DNA of 64,000 bases, from NCBI GenBank assembly GCA_963700635.1, contig CAVOYH010000002.1:128001-192000 (forward strand), read 5' to 3'. This DNA is from an uncultured Bacteroidota bacterium. Its GTDB lineage: Bacteria > Bacteroidota > Ignavibacteria > UBA10030 > UBA6906. This document shows, one piece after another, positions 59,852 to 64,000 of the stretch; positions within the stretch are counted from its first letter, which is position 1, and each line of letters opens with the position of its first letter. Both the position numbers and the translations under genes were made by a program. The notes beneath the pieces were generated by a model. The model did not search any database and had not been told where the DNA came from. It saw only the letters and a program-made list of their open reading frames with translations.

Positions 59852-60575
59852 CGGAGGCGGTTCAAGGGCGCTCGTTGTGATTCCCACGTTTAACGAGGCC
59901 GACAACATTCCACGCCTGTTGCCGGCTGTCCTTTCCCAGAAACCGGATATCGACATTCTCGTCGTGGATGACGGCTCACCCGATGGCACTGCCGATCTTG
60001 TCCGGCAATTCCAGACCGGTTCGGACCGTGTACATCTTATCGTCCGCCGCGGCAAAATGGGACTCGGGACAGCATATGTCGAAGGATTTCGGTTTGCAAT
60101 ACTCCACAAATATCAGTTTGTGTTTGAGATGGATGCGGATTTCTCACACGATCCCGCCGAAATCCCTAACTTCCTGAAGGAGATTGAGCAGGCGGACCTG
60201 GTGATCGGCTCCAGATATACGAATGGAGTCCGGGTGCTCAATTGGCCCATCAAACGACTACTCCTCAGCTACTTTGCCAATGTGTATACAAGGTTTATGA
60301 TCGGACTCCCGGTCCATGACGCCACAGGCGGATTTAAATGTTACCGGAGAAAGGTGCTGGAAGCCATCGCTCTTGATCGTATTCACTCAAACGGGTATGC
60401 GTTTCAGATCGAAATGAGCTACAAGGCCTGGAAGAAGGGATTCCGGCTTCGTGAGATACCGATCGTATTCCATGATCGCCGTTCAGGCCAATCAAAAATG
60501 TCGCGCTCCATTGTGTATGAAGCAATTTTTATGCTGTGGAAATTACGTTTCCAGAGTCTGACGAACCGGCTCTGA
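59838..60575 (+). CDS. Polyprenol-phosphate mannose synthase-like GT2
   Basis: IPTFNE, VDDGSPDGT, GLGTAY..GF, EMDADFSH, GSRY, DATGGF, GYAFQIE. Confidence 0.88.
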   Translation: MQHADGGGSRALVVIPTFNEADNIPRLLPAVLSQKPDIDILVVDDGSPDGTADLVRQFQTGSDRVHLIVRRGKMGLGTAYVEGFRFAILHKYQFVFEMDADFSHDPAEIPNFLKEIEQADLVIGSRYTNGVRVLNWPIKRLLLSYFANVYTRFMIGLPVHDATGGFKCYRRKVLEAIALDRIHSNGYAFQIEMSYKAWKKGFRLREIPIVFHDRRSGQSKMSRSIVYEAIFMLWKLRFQSLTNRL

Positions 60576-60582
60576 TACTGCC

Positions 60583-62637
60583 ATGGACCTTTCTGTCATC
60601 ATCGTCAATTATAATGTCCGCCAGTTCCTGGAGAATTCCCTTGCTTCGATTCAACGGGCGATGGAGGGGATCAAGGGGGAGATCTTTGTGGTGGACAATG
60701 CGTCTGATGATGGCAGTGTGGAGATGGTACGGTCCGTCTTTCCGAATGTGCGTCTGATCGCCAACACAAAGAACGTGGGATTCGCAGCCGCAAACAATAT
60801 GGCCCTGCGGGAGGCCTCCGGGAGCGTATTCCTGCTGATCAACCCGGATACGATCGTCCAGGAAGATACGTTCAGGGTTATGCTCCGGTTTTTGCAGGAT
60901 CACCCTGCGGTGGGCCTGGCGGGGTGCAAGATATTAAATCCGGACGGATCCTTTCAGCTTCCGTGCAGGCGAAGTTTTCCCACCCCGTGGGTAGCATTCA
61001 CCAAGATCTTCGGGTTGAGCACTCTCTTTCCTAAGTCCAAGCTGTTCGGGAAGTACAACCTGACATATCTTGACCCTGATCAATCGTACGAAGTGGATGC
61101 GGTCAGCGGATCATTCATGATGATGACCCGGACCGCGTACACACAGGTGGGGGGGCTGGATGAAGCCTTTTTCATGTATGGCGAAGATCTGGACTGGTGC
61201 TACCGGGTGCGTCAGGCCGGATTTAAGGTGTTCTACGTTCATGCGACCCAGATCATCCATTTTAAGGGAGAAAGCACACGACGGAGCAACATTGACGAGG
61301 TACGGGTGTTTTACCGGGCCATGGAGCTCTTCGTGCAGAAACATTTCAGCCGTTCACGGCTGGGCGTCATGTTCCTGCGGCTGGGGATCTTCCTCAGGGG
61401 GGCAGCGGCCTGGTTGAGCCGGGGCCTACAGCCGCTCTCTTTCGTCCTTATTGACTTCTGCCTTGTCGCGGGTGCCATGATCCTCGCGGAATATCTGTAC
61501 TTTGGCAAGGTCTTTAAGTATCAGGCATATGCGTACCCGTTCGTGTGGACGGTTCCGGGTGCACTTGTTGTTGCAGTGGGAATGTTTTCCCGGTTGTACT
61601 CCACACATCGGTTTGGGGTCGCGCGGGCAGGATTGACGGTGATCATAAGTTATCTTGTGATTTCCGCAATTGTATTTTTTGCCAAGACCTTCGCATTCAG
61701 CAGAGCCGTGGTTCTGATTTCCGGACTGCTCACATTCATTTGCGTGCCCGGCTGGCGCATGCTGGTCAGGGCCTGGGGACGCAGGGCAGGAAAATCCCTG
61801 CACCGGACATCCCTGTTCGGGAGCCGTACGCTCATCGTCGGGGCCGGCACCCCGGGGCAAGAGGTATTACGGAAACTTCGCGCCCGTGTTGACGGGGGAT
61901 ACGATATTGTCGGCTTCATCGACACGAGCAACGTCCGCATCGGGGAGACTGTGGCAGGCGTGGAAGTTGTAGGCAACATCGAAAATGTGGGCAAGATCAT
62001 TGAGGAGCGGCGGATCACCGATGTCATTTTTTCTACAGACGAATTGCCATACACCACCATCCTCGCCGTTATCGCGAGGAGTAACCGGCGCACCGTAAAC
62101 TTCCGCCTGGTTCCCACAAGTCTTGAAGCGATTATCGGAAAGACAAAGATCGATGATCTCGATCCGTTGCCTCTTGTGCACATTGAACACAATATCCATC
62201 GCCCGTTTAACCGCGTGGCAAAACGTATTTTTGATATCCTCTTTTCTGCCCTGTTCATGTTGACATTGTATCCAATCGTGCGAATATTGCGGGGTCTCCA
62301 TCTGGTAGGGAGCTCAAGCCCCGGGCTGGAGTTCATCCGGCACTGTCCATCCGTTCTGGCGGGACGTATCAGTTTCGTCGGACTTCCCCTGCAGGCAGGG
62401 GATATGCGGAATGGCCGCGTGGGTGAATCGGGGATCGCGACAGATGGAGCAAACCCGGAGGCAGAAGGCCCGTATCTCGGTCCCCGGGGGGTGACGGGTC
62501 TGGTTCAGGTGAATCAAAGGACCGGACTTACCCGCGAAGAGCGGGAGAGGTACGAACTGTACTACGCAAAAAACCAGTCGCTGTTCCTGGATATCGAGAT
62601 TCTTGTGAAGGCGGCAATGCAATTGGTCAGACGATAG
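60583..62637 (+). CDS. GT2 fused to a TM bundle, Rossmann domain and degenerate phosphoglycosyl-transferase domain
   Basis: N-terminal GT2 ([29 protein letters not shown]); C-terminal KRIFD...SFVG...GVTGLVQ...[14 protein letters not shown]. Confidence 0.8.
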   Translation: MDLSVIIVNYNVRQFLENSLASIQRAMEGIKGEIFVVDNASDDGSVEMVRSVFPNVRLIANTKNVGFAAANNMALREASGSVFLLINPDTIVQEDTFRVMLRFLQDHPAVGLAGCKILNPDGSFQLPCRRSFPTPWVAFTKIFGLSTLFPKSKLFGKYNLTYLDPDQSYEVDAVSGSFMMMTRTAYTQVGGLDEAFFMYGEDLDWCYRVRQAGFKVFYVHATQIIHFKGESTRRSNIDEVRVFYRAMELFVQKHFSRSRLGVMFLRLGIFLRGAAAWLSRGLQPLSFVLIDFCLVAGAMILAEYLYFGKVFKYQAYAYPFVWTVPGALVVAVGMFSRLYSTHRFGVARAGLTVIISYLVISAIVFFAKTFAFSRAVVLISGLLTFICVPGWRMLVRAWGRRAGKSLHRTSLFGSRTLIVGAGTPGQEVLRKLRARVDGGYDIVGFIDTSNVRIGETVAGVEVVGNIENVGKIIEERRITDVIFSTDELPYTTILAVIARSNRRTVNFRLVPTSLEAIIGKTKIDDLDPLPLVHIEHNIHRPFNRVAKRIFDILFSALFMLTLYPIVRILRGLHLVGSSSPGLEFIRHCPSVLAGRISFVGLPLQAGDMRNGRVGESGIATDGANPEAEGPYLGPRGVTGLVQVNQRTGLTREERERYELYYAKNQSLFLDIEILVKAAMQLVRR

Positions 62638-62647
62638 GAGAATTCTC

Positions 62648-63598
62648 ATGGCAAAAATGGTCCTGGATTTCGAGAAACCGATTCTCGAGCTGGAAAAGAA
62701 GGTTGAAGAAATGCAGCGGTATGCAGACAACCCGGATATCGCACTGGAGATCAGCCGGATTGAAAAACGCGTCCGTCAGTTACAACAGAGTGTGTATGCC
62801 GGTCTGACCCGCTGGCAGAAAGTACAGCTTGCCCGTCATGCCGATCGTCCGTATACGCTCGACTATCTTCATCTTATGACGACCGATTTTATCGAATTAC
62901 ACGGCGACAGGGCGTTCGGAGATGACAGAGCGGTCGTGGGTGGATTTGCGAAACTCGGCGATATTTCCGTGATGGTCATCGGCCAGCAGAAGGGGCGGGA
63001 TACAAAAGGTAATTTGTTCCGGAATTTTGGAATGCCAAATCCGGAGGGATACCGAAAAGCTCTGCGCTTGATGAAACTCGCCGAGAAATTCCAGAGACCC
63101 GTGCTCACCCTTCTGGATACACCGGGCGCATTCCCGGGGATTGAAGCCGAAGAGCGGGGCCAGGCCGAGGCCATCGCGCGAAATCTCTTTGAAATGGCCA
63201 GACTGAAGGTTCCGATCATCGTCACCATCATAGGCGAGGGAGCCTCGGGCGGCGCGCTCGGACTCGGAGTGGGTGATCGTCTCCTGATGCTGGAATACGC
63301 ATGGTACTCGGTCATTTCCCCTGAATCCTGCTCCAGCATCCTCTGGCGGAGTTGGAACTACAAGGAACAGGCGGCAGAGGCCCTGCAGCTTACCGCCCCG
63401 GATCTTAAGAAGCAGGGGATTGTCGATGTCATCGTTCCCGAACCACTGGGTGGTGCCCATCGTGACCACGAGCAGATGGCGACGATTCTGAGAGAGACAT
63501 TGCTTCAGGAACTCAAGCCGCTGATGAAAATGAAACCCGATAAACTGGTGGAACGACGCATCGAGAAATTCTCAAAAATGGGTGTTACCATCGGATAA
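62648..63598 (+). CDS. accA: Acetyl-CoA carboxylase carboxyltransferase alpha subunit
   Basis: [56 protein letters not shown]; SD AGGAG. Confidence 0.97.
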   Translation: MAKMVLDFEKPILELEKKVEEMQRYADNPDIALEISRIEKRVRQLQQSVYAGLTRWQKVQLARHADRPYTLDYLHLMTTDFIELHGDRAFGDDRAVVGGFAKLGDISVMVIGQQKGRDTKGNLFRNFGMPNPEGYRKALRLMKLAEKFQRPVLTLLDTPGAFPGIEAEERGQAEAIARNLFEMARLKVPIIVTIIGEGASGGALGLGVGDRLLMLEYAWYSVISPESCSSILWRSWNYKEQAAEALQLTAPDLKKQGIVDVIVPEPLGGAHRDHEQMATILRETLLQELKPLMKMKPDKLVERRIEKFSKMGVTIG

Positions 63599-63608
63599 AG
63601 GATTCCTA

Positions 63609-64000
63609 ATGCTCCGTCATGAAACCAGTCTGCGCGTCCGCTATGCCGATACGGATCAGATGCGGTATGCGTATTATGGTGTATACTTTGCATACTTCGA
63701 ACAGGGCCGGTCCGATCTCCTCCGCAGCATCGGGATGCCGTATCGCGTTCTGGAAGAGATGGGGTTTATCCTGCCCGTCATCGAAGCGCATGCCGAATAC
63801 AAACGCCCCGCGCACTACGATGATTTGTTGTACATCGTCACCGTGCTGAAAGACCGACCGATTGCACGCGTGCGGCTGGACTACGAAGTGTATAACGAAG
63901 ACCGCAGTGAGCGCATTGCGGAAGGATACACAATTCATAGTTTTGTCCATGCGCAGACCGGCAAGCCAACCCGGGCGCCCATCGCATTCCTTGATACAAT
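63609..64000 (+). CDS. YbgC/FadM-type acyl-CoA thioesterase (hot-dog fold), 3'-truncated; absent from the ORF track
   Basis: Hand translation from ATG 63609: MLRHETSLRVRYADTDQMRYAYYGVYFAYFEQGRSDLLRSIG..Y..LEEMGFILPVIEAHAEYKRPAHYDD; no stop before the window end. Confidence 0.88.
   Translation, partial: MLRHETSLRVRYADTDQMRYAYYGVYFAYFEQGRSDLLRSIGMPYRVLEEMGFILPVIEAHAEYKRPAHYDDLLYIVTVLKDRPIARVRLDYEVYNEDRSERIAEGYTIHSFVHAQTGKPTRAPIAFLDT

Overview
A gene-dense 64-kb chromosomal segment, almost certainly from an FCB-superphylum bacterium. An Ignavibacteria/Chlorobi-like lineage is inferred because it has type IX secretion (T9SS) genes but uses canonical TTGACA-17-TAtaaT promoters and Shine-Dalgarno sites rather than Bacteroidetes-type TAnnTTTG promoters. 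Contents in order: (1) a 5'-truncated serine-palmitoyltransferase-like gene followed by a bCerS-like GNAT (sphingolipid pathway), ilvE and a USP; (2) a minus-strand operon glgA-gmhB-lipoprotein-OM barrel-glyA-tatC-polyprenyl synthase; (3) a divergent promoter region with a ~180-nt structured, terminator-ended RNA in front of porU-porV, then an M6-like pseudoprotease with T9SS CTD, a gluzincin/TolB-propeller/Omp85-like protein and a DUF5683-like protein; (4) lptFG divergent from sprA-porX-tsaE-tsaB-accD-panC-half glmU-small secreted protein-LytR_C-rsfS-argS; (5) a Wzx/Wzy-type surface polysaccharide locus (rmlC, rmlB, SLBB/Wza-like, Wzz-like, Wzy/ligase, Wzx, five GTs, WcaJ/WbaP-like PGT, Wzi, DegT/PorR-like, two further GT2s); (6) accA and a 3'-truncated YbgC-type thioesterase. 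No tRNA, rRNA, CRISPR array or mobile element was seen. The best novelty candidates are the structured leader RNA/attenuator upstream of porU and the pseudoprotease plus protease-Omp85 module downstream of porV. All family calls come from motif recognition by eye, not from database searches.
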